IMG/VR virus record: IMGVR_UViG_3300035703_000059
Location: 11,407-75,406 of that record
Source: a virus
Strand: one strand, 5' to 3'
DNA length: 64,000 bases
The number at the start of each line of letters is the position of its first letter. Position 1 is the first letter of the stretch. The notes under the pieces are model-generated. The model worked only from the letters and a program-made list of their open reading frames with translations. It was not told where the DNA came from and made no database searches. Shown one piece after another: positions 8,806 through 17,421 of the stretch. Position numbers and translations under genes: made by a program.

Positions 8806-9498
8806 ATGGCCGCATTGGCGAATGAGCGCGTCCTCATCATCGGCGACTCGATCACCGTCGGGTCGTTCGGTTCACGCTTGGAGCGGCGCTTCAAAGACGA
8901 GGGCGCGACCGTCAAGCGCGACGCGAAGAGCGGGCGCGCGACGACGTGGTTCTACGCGGACGCGGGCAAGCTGGACGCGGGCCGATTGCCCGGCCTCGCG
9001 GCGTTCAATCCGACGACGGTCATCATCGCGCTGGGGACGAACGATGCGGGGATGTTCACGACGAACGTCGAGCGCGCCAAGAGGTTCTTCGGCAAGGTGA
9101 TCGCCGACCTGCGTGACAACGCGGCGGCTCCGCCGACGTTCTGGTGGGTGACGGCGCCGGCCTTCGACTCGCGCGCGAAGAACGTGGACGCGTCGTGGAT
9201 CGACGCGCAGATTCGCGCCGTTTCGCCGCTGTTCGACAACGTCATCGACGCGCGTGCGCTGACGAGCGATATGACGGCGAAATCGGATGGGCGCACGTCC
9301 GACCTCATCCACTTCACGACGAACGGCGGCGCGCGGTACGCCGACCGCGTGTTCGATGCGTTCATGCAGAAGCGCGGAAAGACGCCCGACGTGGCGCCCC
9401 CGAAGCTGCCTTCGAAGGTCGAGCCGATGACCGTGGGTCTGTTCGTGGCGGCGGCCCTCATCGCTTACGCGGTGTGGGTGTCGCGGAGGCGCGGATGA
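8806..9498 (+). CDS. SGNH/GDSL hydrolase with C-terminal membrane anchor
   Basis: IIGDSIT, SG, ALGTND and DLIH blocks; C-terminal TM followed by RRR. Confidence 0.85.
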   Translation: MAALANERVLIIGDSITVGSFGSRLERRFKDEGATVKRDAKSGRATTWFYADAGKLDAGRLPGLAAFNPTTVIIALGTNDAGMFTTNVERAKRFFGKVIADLRDNAAAPPTFWWVTAPAFDSRAKNVDASWIDAQIRAVSPLFDNVIDARALTSDMTAKSDGRTSDLIHFTTNGGARYADRVFDAFMQKRGKTPDVAPPKLPSKVEPMTVGLFVAAALIAYAVWVSRRRG

Positions 9499-9974
9499 AG
9501 CGGGTCTGCCTGCCCGTGCGGAACAAGAAGGGCGTGTGCGCGCGTGTCGATGCCGAAACAGCCAAGTGGGCGAAGGCGATGACGTGGCACGTCCACAAGG
9601 GGTACGTCGCGACGACGCTCGGCAGCGGGAGCGAGGCGCAGCGGCTCTACCTGCATCGATTACTGGTGCCGACGGACGAGGCCGTGGTCGACCACAAGAA
9701 CGGCGACCGTCTCGATAACCGGCTCGGCAATCTGCGTCCGGCGTCCACCTCGCAGAACGGCGCGAACGTCTCGCGGCTGTCGACGAACAAGTCGGGATTC
9801 AAGGGCGTCGTGAAGCACGGTCGAAAGTTCCGCGCCTACGTTCACAAGAGCGGACGGACGCAGTACCTCGGCACGTTCGACACCGCGAAAGAGGCGGCGT
9901 GCGAGTACGACCGGAACGCAAAAAAGCTGTTTGGGCGATTCGCCAAGACGAACAAGGTCAAGTGCGGCGACTGA
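9495..9974 (+). CDS. HNH endonuclease with AP2 DNA-binding domain
   Basis: LHRL..VDHKNGDRLDNRLGNLR..SQN; NKSGFKGV..YLGTFDTAKEAACEYD. Confidence 0.9.
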   Translation: MKRVCLPVRNKKGVCARVDAETAKWAKAMTWHVHKGYVATTLGSGSEAQRLYLHRLLVPTDEAVVDHKNGDRLDNRLGNLRPASTSQNGANVSRLSTNKSGFKGVVKHGRKFRAYVHKSGRTQYLGTFDTAKEAACEYDRNAKKLFGRFAKTNKVKCGD

Positions 9975-10077
9975 CGCACGTTGACTTTCAACCATCGATT
10001 CTCAGACCATGAGGTCACGCCGCACCGTCGACTCGGTGCTCTGACGGGATGTCCCGCAGAAAGTAAGGAGAAATCTC

Positions 10078-10416
10078 ATGGCCGCTATCGCTGCAATCTC
10101 CAACGTCGCCTACGGCGACCGCTCGGTGTCGTTCACCGCCGTTTCGGCCGGTGTTGCTGACACCCTCGACTTCTCGGTCATCGCCGCCGCGCTGACCGCC
10201 GCTGGCGTGGCTTCCAGCACGATCAAGAGCTTCCTGTCGACGTCGCACACCGACGCCGCCGGCACGATGGCCGCGATTGCCGCCGCTGGCGGTCTGGTCG
10301 CCGGTCTGACCACGGGCAACGTCGCCGCGTTCGTCTCGGCCGACAACCAGCTTACGCTGCCCCTCGCGGCGACGTGGCAGGTCCGTATCGCGCTGGCCCA
10401 CACCATCAGCGCCTAA
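10078..10416 (+). CDS. Small Ala-rich structural protein
   Basis: AAGGAG RBS; strongly biased codon usage; TTGACT promoter-like element at 9981. Confidence 0.65.
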   Translation: MAAIAAISNVAYGDRSVSFTAVSAGVADTLDFSVIAAALTAAGVASSTIKSFLSTSHTDAAGTMAAIAAAGGLVAGLTTGNVAAFVSADNQLTLPLAATWQVRIALAHTISA

Positions 10417-10451
10417 TTCGCGGGCTGACCGCATCGACACGGAGGGAATCG

Positions 10452-10661
10452 ATGGCAACCAAGAAGAAAAGCACGAAGCGGCCGGCGAAGAAGGGGAGCG
10501 CCAAGGTGTCGCTGAAGGGTCTGGCGGCTCTGCCGCACAAGGATCGCTTCAAGAAGATCGCGCAGTCCTGCCAGCTTGAGGTCACGGCCGGGGGCAAGTC
10601 GCGCGCGAAAGAAGTCGGCAAGTGCATGAAGCGTGAGTTCAAGGCGTTGAAAGACGCGTAA
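10452..10661 (+). CDS. Lys-rich basic (DNA-condensing-like) protein
   Basis: GGAGG RBS, ATCGATG; MATKKKSTKRPAKK; LKGL motif; Cys pair. Confidence 0.65.
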   Translation: MATKKKSTKRPAKKGSAKVSLKGLAALPHKDRFKKIAQSCQLEVTAGGKSRAKEVGKCMKREFKALKDA

Positions 10662-10742
10662 GTCAACCCCTACACGCCCCCACATTGACTTTCGAAGATG
10701 AACTTCGAAAGGATGGGGGCAGCAGAAAGAAGGAGACACCCC

Positions 10743-11378
10743 ATGTACGACTACGGCATGAACGGTTTTGCGGGTCTGATGGACGACATCAAGTCGAGCG
10801 CCGGTGAGGCGTTCGCTGGCGGCGCCGGCCTCGTTGTCGGCGTGAGCCTTGCCAAGTTCGTCACCGCCAAGGTGGACAAGGCGGTTTCGGAGATGGAGGC
10901 GGGCGCTGGGAAGGACGCGCTCGGCTACGTCACCCCGGCCATCCCGCTGGTTCTCGGCCTTGCGCTGTACGCGAAGTTCCGCAACAGCCCGTCGCTCGCG
11001 GCTCGCAGCCTCGGCGCGGCGAACGGCGCGGGCATGATCGCCTTCTCGCTGGCGACCTACGCCAAGAAGCTGATCGGCCTGTCGAAGAGCGAGGGCGCCA
11101 CGGCGGCGGCCAGCTACATCGGCCTCGGCGCGGTGGACACCTACGAGTCCCCGATCCTCGCCGGCCTCGGCAACTACGGCCCGATCAGCGAGTACCTCCG
11201 CCCCAGCCTCGGCGCTTACGGGATGCGGTCGCCGGGCGCTCCGGTGTTCGTCGAGGACGCTGGCATGGCCGGCGCCCCGACGCAGTTCCAAGAGGTTCGT
11301 GGCAGCGTGAACGGCCTGCACGGCGCTCCGTCGTCCATCGAGATTGTTCCTTCCGCTCTTTCCTCGGTTCTGATGTAA
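10743..11378 (+). CDS. Multi-TM membrane protein preceding the capsid gene
   Basis: AAGGAG RBS; three hydrophobic helices; several xGL/xGF/xGM motifs. Confidence 0.7.
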   Translation: MYDYGMNGFAGLMDDIKSSAGEAFAGGAGLVVGVSLAKFVTAKVDKAVSEMEAGAGKDALGYVTPAIPLVLGLALYAKFRNSPSLAARSLGAANGAGMIAFSLATYAKKLIGLSKSEGATAAASYIGLGAVDTYESPILAGLGNYGPISEYLRPSLGAYGMRSPGAPVFVEDAGMAGAPTQFQEVRGSVNGLHGAPSSIEIVPSALSSVLM

Positions 11379-11457
11379 GAAGCCCCGCGCCGGCATCGAT
11401 GCCGGTGCATTGACCCCCAACTGACGCCTGCGGGCGTCGCTCGACAGGAGAACTACA

Positions 11458-12093
11458 ATGGCCGTTCTGCGTCCCACTTCCGAAACTGGCGTGTACGAGG
11501 TCGAAGGTCTTGGCACCAAGATCCGTTTGATCGAATGGCGTGCCGGCTCCTTCTATGACTCGGTGGCCTTCGCCGCCGGCGCCATCACCCCCGGCACCAA
11601 CCAGCTTCTCTTCCAGAACCTCCAGAACAAGAACCGCCAGCACACCAATCTCGACAACAACGCTGGCCGTCTGCCCGCGCTGACCGAGCTGATCTGCAAC
11701 CGTATCGGCGCGCACATCACGCAGGCCGTCGGCAGCAGCGTCACCGTCGACACCGACATCATCCAGCTTGCTCACGCGGCTTATATGCAGGTCTTCGTGA
11801 ACCAAGATCGCCGGGTCGCGGACCAGCCGCTCTACACCTTCCAGAGCGGCTACGGCATCACCGGCACCACGACCCGCAACGCCACCGGCGTTGTGACGAC
11901 CGGCGTCGCGTCGGCCGCTGCGGCTCCGCAGCTTCTCGTCGCGCAGCCCATCGGCCCGAACGACGCGCTGACCGGCAAGATTCAGGTTGACGCGGCGACG
12001 TGGATCGCCGGCTACGCGAACCCCTCGCTGGCCGCGACCAACGTCGTGACCGTGTTCCTCGACGGCCTCATCAAGAAGCCGCAGGGCGCGTAA
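11458..12093 (+). CDS. Putative major capsid protein, single jelly-roll type
   Basis: 211 aa, all-beta pattern; FYDS..LLFQ..HTNL..GRLP and C-terminal VFLDGL resemble vertical SJR capsid proteins; highly biased codons, strong RBS. Confidence 0.6.
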   Translation: MAVLRPTSETGVYEVEGLGTKIRLIEWRAGSFYDSVAFAAGAITPGTNQLLFQNLQNKNRQHTNLDNNAGRLPALTELICNRIGAHITQAVGSSVTVDTDIIQLAHAAYMQVFVNQDRRVADQPLYTFQSGYGITGTTTRNATGVVTTGVASAAAAPQLLVAQPIGPNDALTGKIQVDAATWIAGYANPSLAATNVVTVFLDGLIKKPQGA

Positions 12094-12209
12094 GTCTCCC
12101 CGACCATCGATTCCCCCGTCGATGGGGGCGCGAGCCGTCAATCCTCACGGATTGGCGGCTTTCGCCTTTGTGGGGTATGCTCGCCGCGACTCACCCGTAA
12201 GGAGACTCC

Positions 12210-12782
12210 ATGCAGATCGCACCGCCTCCCGATAACGCCTATATCCAGACGCTTACGTCGCGGATCATCGAAGGCCGAACGATCACGCCCTACGACTATC
12301 GCGCGATGGTGCTTCCGCTCTACACCACGCTGTCGACGTCGCAGCCCATCGGAAGCGCGACCTACACGATCCCGACGAATATGCGCTTCCGCGTGCGAAG
12401 CATCCTGCCGCACGTTGCGCCGCTCCGCGTGTCGGCGGAGACGATTGCGAACCCCGGCAACTTTGCTCCGCAGAACGTGGCGGGTGACGTGTTCGACGGC
12501 GGCGACGTCATCGACCGTCTCTATGCGAAGGCGATGAACTGCCGCATCAACATCGCGATGCAGAGCCGCGCGTTCGACCTCACCTACAACCAAGCGTTCG
12601 CGATCTCGGACCTCATGGCGGAGAACGGACAGGGTCCGAGCTTCCTCGATATGCCGGGTCTGATTCTGCAAGGAACGACCATCGACTTGAACGCCGCGCT
12701 CATCGATACCGACGCCGACGTGATCGGCAGCCCGACCGAGTACGGCATCGTTCTCGTCGGCGCCTTCATCCGCGTGGACTAA
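12210..12782 (+). CDS. Putative second jelly-roll capsid protein
   Basis: YTIPTNMRFRV, LYAKAMNCRI and C-terminal TEYGIVLVGAFIR; paralog of the next ORF. Confidence 0.55.
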   Translation: MQIAPPPDNAYIQTLTSRIIEGRTITPYDYRAMVLPLYTTLSTSQPIGSATYTIPTNMRFRVRSILPHVAPLRVSAETIANPGNFAPQNVAGDVFDGGDVIDRLYAKAMNCRINIAMQSRAFDLTYNQAFAISDLMAENGQGPSFLDMPGLILQGTTIDLNAALIDTDADVIGSPTEYGIVLVGAFIRVD

Positions 12783-12793
12783 GGGGAAAAACC

Positions 12794-13432
12794 GTGGCGA
12801 TTCTGACTCCCGCTCCGATCAACTTTCAGCAGAAAATCCGCAGCGAACTTGCGGAGGCTCTGCGGCTGAACTTCGGCGACATCTTTCCGACCATCCTGCA
12901 CCTTCGGGTGACGCTGGGCGGGACGCTGAACCCCGGACCGCCCCCGACGGTGACGCTGCCGACCCCCGGCAACGACATCTTCCGCATCCCCGGCGACTAC
13001 TCGCTGCTCGTCGGCGAGATTCGCGGCCACATCGCGCTCAACGAACTGTCGCAGGAGTCGACGACGGCTCCGACGAACACGGGCCTTCTGAACATCGCCG
13101 GTGTGCGTAACCGCGTCGTCGCCAAGGCGCTGAACGCGCGCATGGTGCTGGTCAACGCGGACCGCGACAATCTGAAGTTCGTGGAGACGGACATCGCGAA
13201 CAGCGCGAACCCGCTGGGCATCAGCGCGAACCTCTGCCTCGCGAACCTGCTCCCGGCGGCCGGTGGCTCCCCGATCAAGCTGATCGGGGACGGCGACGTC
13301 ATGCCGCTCATCGTGCCGGGCAACGAGCGCATCAAGCTGACCGTCGCACTCAACGACGAGAACGCGTCGCTGGGCCAGACGGAGTACGGACTGACGCTGA
13401 TGGGCGCCTTCGTGCGTTCGCGGGGTAGCTGA
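12794..13432 (+). CDS. Putative third jelly-roll capsid protein
   Basis: FRIPGDYSLLV, VVAKALNARM and C-terminal TEYGLTLMGAFVR; clear paralog of 12210..12782. Confidence 0.55.
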   Translation: MAILTPAPINFQQKIRSELAEALRLNFGDIFPTILHLRVTLGGTLNPGPPPTVTLPTPGNDIFRIPGDYSLLVGEIRGHIALNELSQESTTAPTNTGLLNIAGVRNRVVAKALNARMVLVNADRDNLKFVETDIANSANPLGISANLCLANLLPAAGGSPIKLIGDGDVMPLIVPGNERIKLTVALNDENASLGQTEYGLTLMGAFVRSRGS

Positions 13433-15225
13433 TGAAAACGGTCGCCGACCAAGTGCGTGAAATCCGCGCCGCTCTCATCGCGCAGCACAAGCGCGAGGGC
13501 GTCGGCGACATCGCCTCCGCGAAGATGCAGACCGAGCGCGAACTGGCGCTCACGAAGATCTACGGGGGCGTCCCCGGCTACTACGGCCCGCCGCCGCCCT
13601 CGCGTGGTCTGAGTGCGGTGTCGAACGCGATCTGCCCGCCGGGATTCAAGCGGGACCGCGTCTCCAATCAATGCACCGTCGCCATCGAAGAGAACCCGTC
13701 GTACCTGCCGGGCATCACCGAGTTCCAAGGCCCGACGCTGATGCAGAACTCGCGCGTCGACAACTTCGTCATGCAGGCGCCGAAGTTCCGTGCGCCGACG
13801 ATGCTGTCGGGCCTCGGTGATCTGTCGACTGATGCCCCGTGGCCGGCGTATACCGCGACTGAGTTGACGTGCAACGCGTTCAGCGGAGACGATGGGTATG
13901 CGAAATGGTCGATGTCGCAAAAAGTCAACCAAGCGGTAATCAAATGGGTGGCCTACTGGAGAAATCCGAATAACACCAGCCCCTCCGGCGGCACCGTATC
14001 TTCTCTTCGCGCCGATTTGATCACGGAGAGGGATGTCACGGACGAATTCAAAAACGCGGTTCGCAAGCGAAACCCCTGTCGCCCCTCTCACATCGATGCG
14101 CTAGTCCGCGCCTTCCCGCCGGGCCGTGGGGCCGGCGTGCTGGCGTGTGAGACAACCTATGAGTGCGCCAAGTACGGCAAGGTCTGCGTGAACGGGGTGT
14201 GCGAGGGTCAGTTAGTGTTCTGCGAGAAGACTGATGACTGCCAGAAGCTCGACTTTACCTACGTCTGCTCCAACGAAATCAGCTCCGTTCGTCCCCAGCC
14301 GCACGCGATATATAGTGCGCCTTACTGCACGCCAGCCCGCGCTAACGAAGTTGCGTTGTGGTCGGCCAAGAAGCGTGCAGCGGCGGCGGCAGCAACGGCT
14401 GAAGCTCGCGCCTTGCAGCAATCCGCGAATCGCGCCCAGCAGGCCCGTCAGCGTGCCGCATCCGGTGCTTCGGCACGAACGGCGGCCATCGAGAGCGCCA
14501 TACCCAGCATTTCTGCGTCGAAGTCTGCGGGGCGCGCGCGGGCAGCCGTTGCCGCAGCGGCAGCAGCAGCGGCGGCTCGCGGCGTTGGTCCGGGGACATC
14601 GACGATGTCGCCGGCCGATGCAGCGGCTCGTCAGCGCGCGGCGGCGGCCGTAGCTGCGGCGGCGGCTGTGGCGCGAGGACGCGGCCTTACGCCGGGAGCA
14701 GGCGCGGCGGCGGCCGATATGTCGCGCGCGGGCCAGCAGGCCACCGCCGACGCGGCGGCAGCGCAGGCGGCGCGTCAATCGTCGGCCGACAAGGCGGCGT
14801 GCCGACCGGAGTGCAAGACGGGCGAGGTCGCGGAGCGCATCCCCGGCACGAAGTGCTATCGATGCGTCGTTCCGCCGCTCCCGACCGACACGAAGCCACC
14901 CGAAACCAAGGTGTGCGACCCCGGATTCGTTCTCAACGCCGACGGCGGCTGCGTTCCGGCCACGCAAATCGAGCGTCCGCCGGAGTGTCCGGCGTGTCCG
15001 AAGGTGCGATGCCCGTCGTGTCCGCCCCAGCAGTCGTGTCCGACCTGCCCGCCGTGTGACGTCACCGGCGGATACGGTGGCAGCGGCGGCGGCGGTAGCG
15101 GCGGCGGTGGGGGTGGCGGCGTCACCTACATCGACAAAGAGTGTCCGGCCTGCCTTCAGAAGAAACCGAGCATTTGGCCGTGGGTGGTCGCCGGCGTTGC
15201 GACCCTCTACGCTGTCACCCGATAA
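13432..15225 (+). CDS. Large Cys-rich/Ala-rich protein with C-terminal TM
   Basis: LSGLG motif; Cys repeats (CETTYEC..CVNGVC; CPxCP); Ala-rich helix; C-terminal TM. Confidence 0.75.
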   Translation: MKTVADQVREIRAALIAQHKREGVGDIASAKMQTERELALTKIYGGVPGYYGPPPPSRGLSAVSNAICPPGFKRDRVSNQCTVAIEENPSYLPGITEFQGPTLMQNSRVDNFVMQAPKFRAPTMLSGLGDLSTDAPWPAYTATELTCNAFSGDDGYAKWSMSQKVNQAVIKWVAYWRNPNNTSPSGGTVSSLRADLITERDVTDEFKNAVRKRNPCRPSHIDALVRAFPPGRGAGVLACETTYECAKYGKVCVNGVCEGQLVFCEKTDDCQKLDFTYVCSNEISSVRPQPHAIYSAPYCTPARANEVALWSAKKRAAAAAATAEARALQQSANRAQQARQRAASGASARTAAIESAIPSISASKSAGRARAAVAAAAAAAAARGVGPGTSTMSPADAAARQRAAAAVAAAAAVARGRGLTPGAGAAAADMSRAGQQATADAAAAQAARQSSADKAACRPECKTGEVAERIPGTKCYRCVVPPLPTDTKPPETKVCDPGFVLNADGGCVPATQIERPPECPACPKVRCPSCPPQQSCPTCPPCDVTGGYGGSGGGGSGGGGGGGVTYIDKECPACLQKKPSIWPWVVAGVATLYAVTR

Positions 15226-15236
15226 GGAGAATCGAT

Positions 15237-16544
15237 ATGGCTAACAATCGTCGAAACGTGGTCCCCAGCCAGATTGCCCCCCAGCTTATGCAGATGCGCG
15301 ATCTGTCTGCCGGCAACGACATCTACCGTCAGTCGCGCCGCGCCGTCGAGGCGATGGCCGCGCTGGAGCGTCGGCGTCAAATTCTGACGTCGAAGGGCTA
15401 CGTCTCTGAGGCGGGCCGCACGTTGCAGGGCATGGCGGATGTGTTCGCCGCCGCTCCGACGCTGCCGGAACTGGAGAACGCGATCAAGCAGCTTCTCCCC
15501 GACGGCTCCATCGTCAGCGGTCGCGAGTATTACGACCGCATCCAGAAGCAACTGAACCCGGTCTGGTACAACGGCGGCTACTCCCGCCCCTCGGACTTCA
15601 ACGAGTTCGTCAAGCAGAACCTCAAGGTGACGAACTACCCGGCCGAGTACCAGCCCTACGTCATGCCGGGCGTGCAGGCCGCGTCGTACTTCTACGTCAC
15701 GCAGCAGGCGCAGAAGGCCGGTTCGGCTCTCAGCGGCTTCAGCCCCGCTCCGCGCAGCGTCGTCGAGGGCGCGCGCATGGAGGAGCAGGCGCGCAAGAAG
15801 GCTGTGGCGCTGATGGCGCTCGCGGGCCTTGGGCGAATCGGTAAGGGCGTTGAGCGTTGCTGGGGATTCAACTGCCCCGACGAGACGGGTGACTTTGAGT
15901 TCACGGTTCCCGCGTCGATTGTGAATTCCAAGCTGACGGGCATCGATTACTTGAAGATGAACACGTCATGGATGTCGGGGACGGCGGGATGCCAGACCGA
16001 AATCACCAATAAGTCCGGCGGCAAGGTGTTCGGCCTCGCCATCGATGACGGCGACTCAAACAGCTACAACAACGCCAACGCGATCCGTCGAGTGAAGGCC
16101 GCCGCCGTCGCGCAGGCGCTCTACAAGGTGGGCGGCGAGGCGTACTTGACGCTTCCCAACCTCTACACCTATGGCGCCATGAAGGCGCATGACGTGCGAG
16201 AGCTTGAGCAGCTTATCCGCACCTATGGTACGGCAGACCGGATTGCAGCCAGCGCACAGAAACCGCCCGACACGTTGTTCGGGGACGGGTCGAGTTCTCG
16301 GTCGAGTAGCTGTAAATTCGACATGGGTAAGATGCCCTCGCTGGACGACGTGGCGAAGGTTTGGGACACCGTTTCGTCGCGGATTCCCGGCGGCGGCGGA
16401 GAGGTGACTCCTCCTCCGGGCGGCGACACGCCTCCCCCCGACGACGAGGAGAAGGGCGGGATCGATGCGCTGACGATGGTCGGCGTCGTCGGCGTCCTCG
16501 CCCTCGGCGGCATCGCGCTCTACTTCGCGCGCCAGAACCGATAG
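15237..16544 (+). CDS. C-terminally anchored virion protein
   Basis: AAGGAG RBS; LQGM, LSGF and LAGLG motifs; Pro/Gly linker and C-terminal TM. Confidence 0.75.
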   Translation: MANNRRNVVPSQIAPQLMQMRDLSAGNDIYRQSRRAVEAMAALERRRQILTSKGYVSEAGRTLQGMADVFAAAPTLPELENAIKQLLPDGSIVSGREYYDRIQKQLNPVWYNGGYSRPSDFNEFVKQNLKVTNYPAEYQPYVMPGVQAASYFYVTQQAQKAGSALSGFSPAPRSVVEGARMEEQARKKAVALMALAGLGRIGKGVERCWGFNCPDETGDFEFTVPASIVNSKLTGIDYLKMNTSWMSGTAGCQTEITNKSGGKVFGLAIDDGDSNSYNNANAIRRVKAAAVAQALYKVGGEAYLTLPNLYTYGAMKAHDVRELEQLIRTYGTADRIAASAQKPPDTLFGDGSSSRSSSCKFDMGKMPSLDDVAKVWDTVSSRIPGGGGEVTPPPGGDTPPPDDEEKGGIDALTMVGVVGVLALGGIALYFARQNR

Positions 16545-16554
16545 GAGGCGTGTC

Positions 16555-16812
16555 ATGGCTTGTTCCGCAGACGTTTTGACGAAGTACCCGGCCGGCACGC
16601 TTGAGAACTACAAGCGGTATCCCAACGTCCAGTTCGCGAATGAGTGCTGGTACGGCTACGACGGCGTCAACACGGTCGTTTGGGCGCAAGATCCCGCCGT
16701 GCTTTACAAGGGGCAGGTCGACGACAAGATGAGCACCACGCAGATGATCGGGTGGGGCGTTCTTGGCCTCGCCCTCGTCTACGGGATCTGGTCAGCGTCG
16801 AAGAGCCGATAA
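16555..16812 (+). CDS. Small C-terminally anchored protein
   Basis: GGAGG RBS; Cys pair; C-terminal TM. Confidence 0.7.
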   Translation: MACSADVLTKYPAGTLENYKRYPNVQFANECWYGYDGVNTVVWAQDPAVLYKGQVDDKMSTTQMIGWGVLGLALVYGIWSASKSR

Positions 16813-16824
16813 CCGGGAGAAGCC

Positions 16825-17412
16825 GTGGCCGAAACTCGTCGATTTTCACAGGCCAACGACTTCGGATTCGTCAACCGTCAAGACGACGAGGTGATGTGCG
16901 CCGCAAGCGGCGCCGTGCCGTATCGGACGGTCTGCCAAGTCATCGATGACGCGGCGATCTACTACGCAACCGCCGGGGAAGGCGCCCTGCTCGACATCCG
17001 GCGCTGGTACAGCCAAAGCCCCGAATTCTTCCCCGGCTCGTTCCTCCCGGCGGGCGCGATTCCGGCGTTCTACCGGGCGATTCTGGCGCGTGCGTTTTTC
17101 GCCGAGTTTGGCGGCGCGAACTTCGTCCCGACGCTTCGGCAGATGATCGTCGTGCTGAACATGGTCGAGGAACCGCGCGGGCGTGAGGACGACTACGCCA
17201 AGACGCGGACGGCGGTGAAGGCGATCCTCGGCGTGTGCGAAAAGACGTTCAACGGACAGCCCGCGTGCAGTCCGGGGGAAATATCGTGGGCCGCAGAGCG
17301 GATGAACGCCCTTGATCGGGCAGAAACCGCCGGCCCCGGCGTCAACATGATGCTCATCGCCGTTCCGGCGCTCTTGTTTGCGGGCGCGCTGCTGCTTCGG
17401 CGGCGCGGGTAG
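16825..17412 (+). CDS. C-terminally anchored protein
   Basis: GTG start with GGGAG; 4 Cys; TM followed by RRRG. Confidence 0.7.
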   Translation: MAETRRFSQANDFGFVNRQDDEVMCAASGAVPYRTVCQVIDDAAIYYATAGEGALLDIRRWYSQSPEFFPGSFLPAGAIPAFYRAILARAFFAEFGGANFVPTLRQMIVVLNMVEEPRGREDDYAKTRTAVKAILGVCEKTFNGQPACSPGEISWAAERMNALDRAETAGPGVNMMLIAVPALLFAGALLLRRRG

Positions 17413-17421
17413 GGGAACGCG

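Noticed and set aside
14370-14800. Ala-rich stretch as a tape-measure protein
   Set aside because: Short low-complexity helix inside a TM-anchored Cys-rich protein; no tail genes nearby
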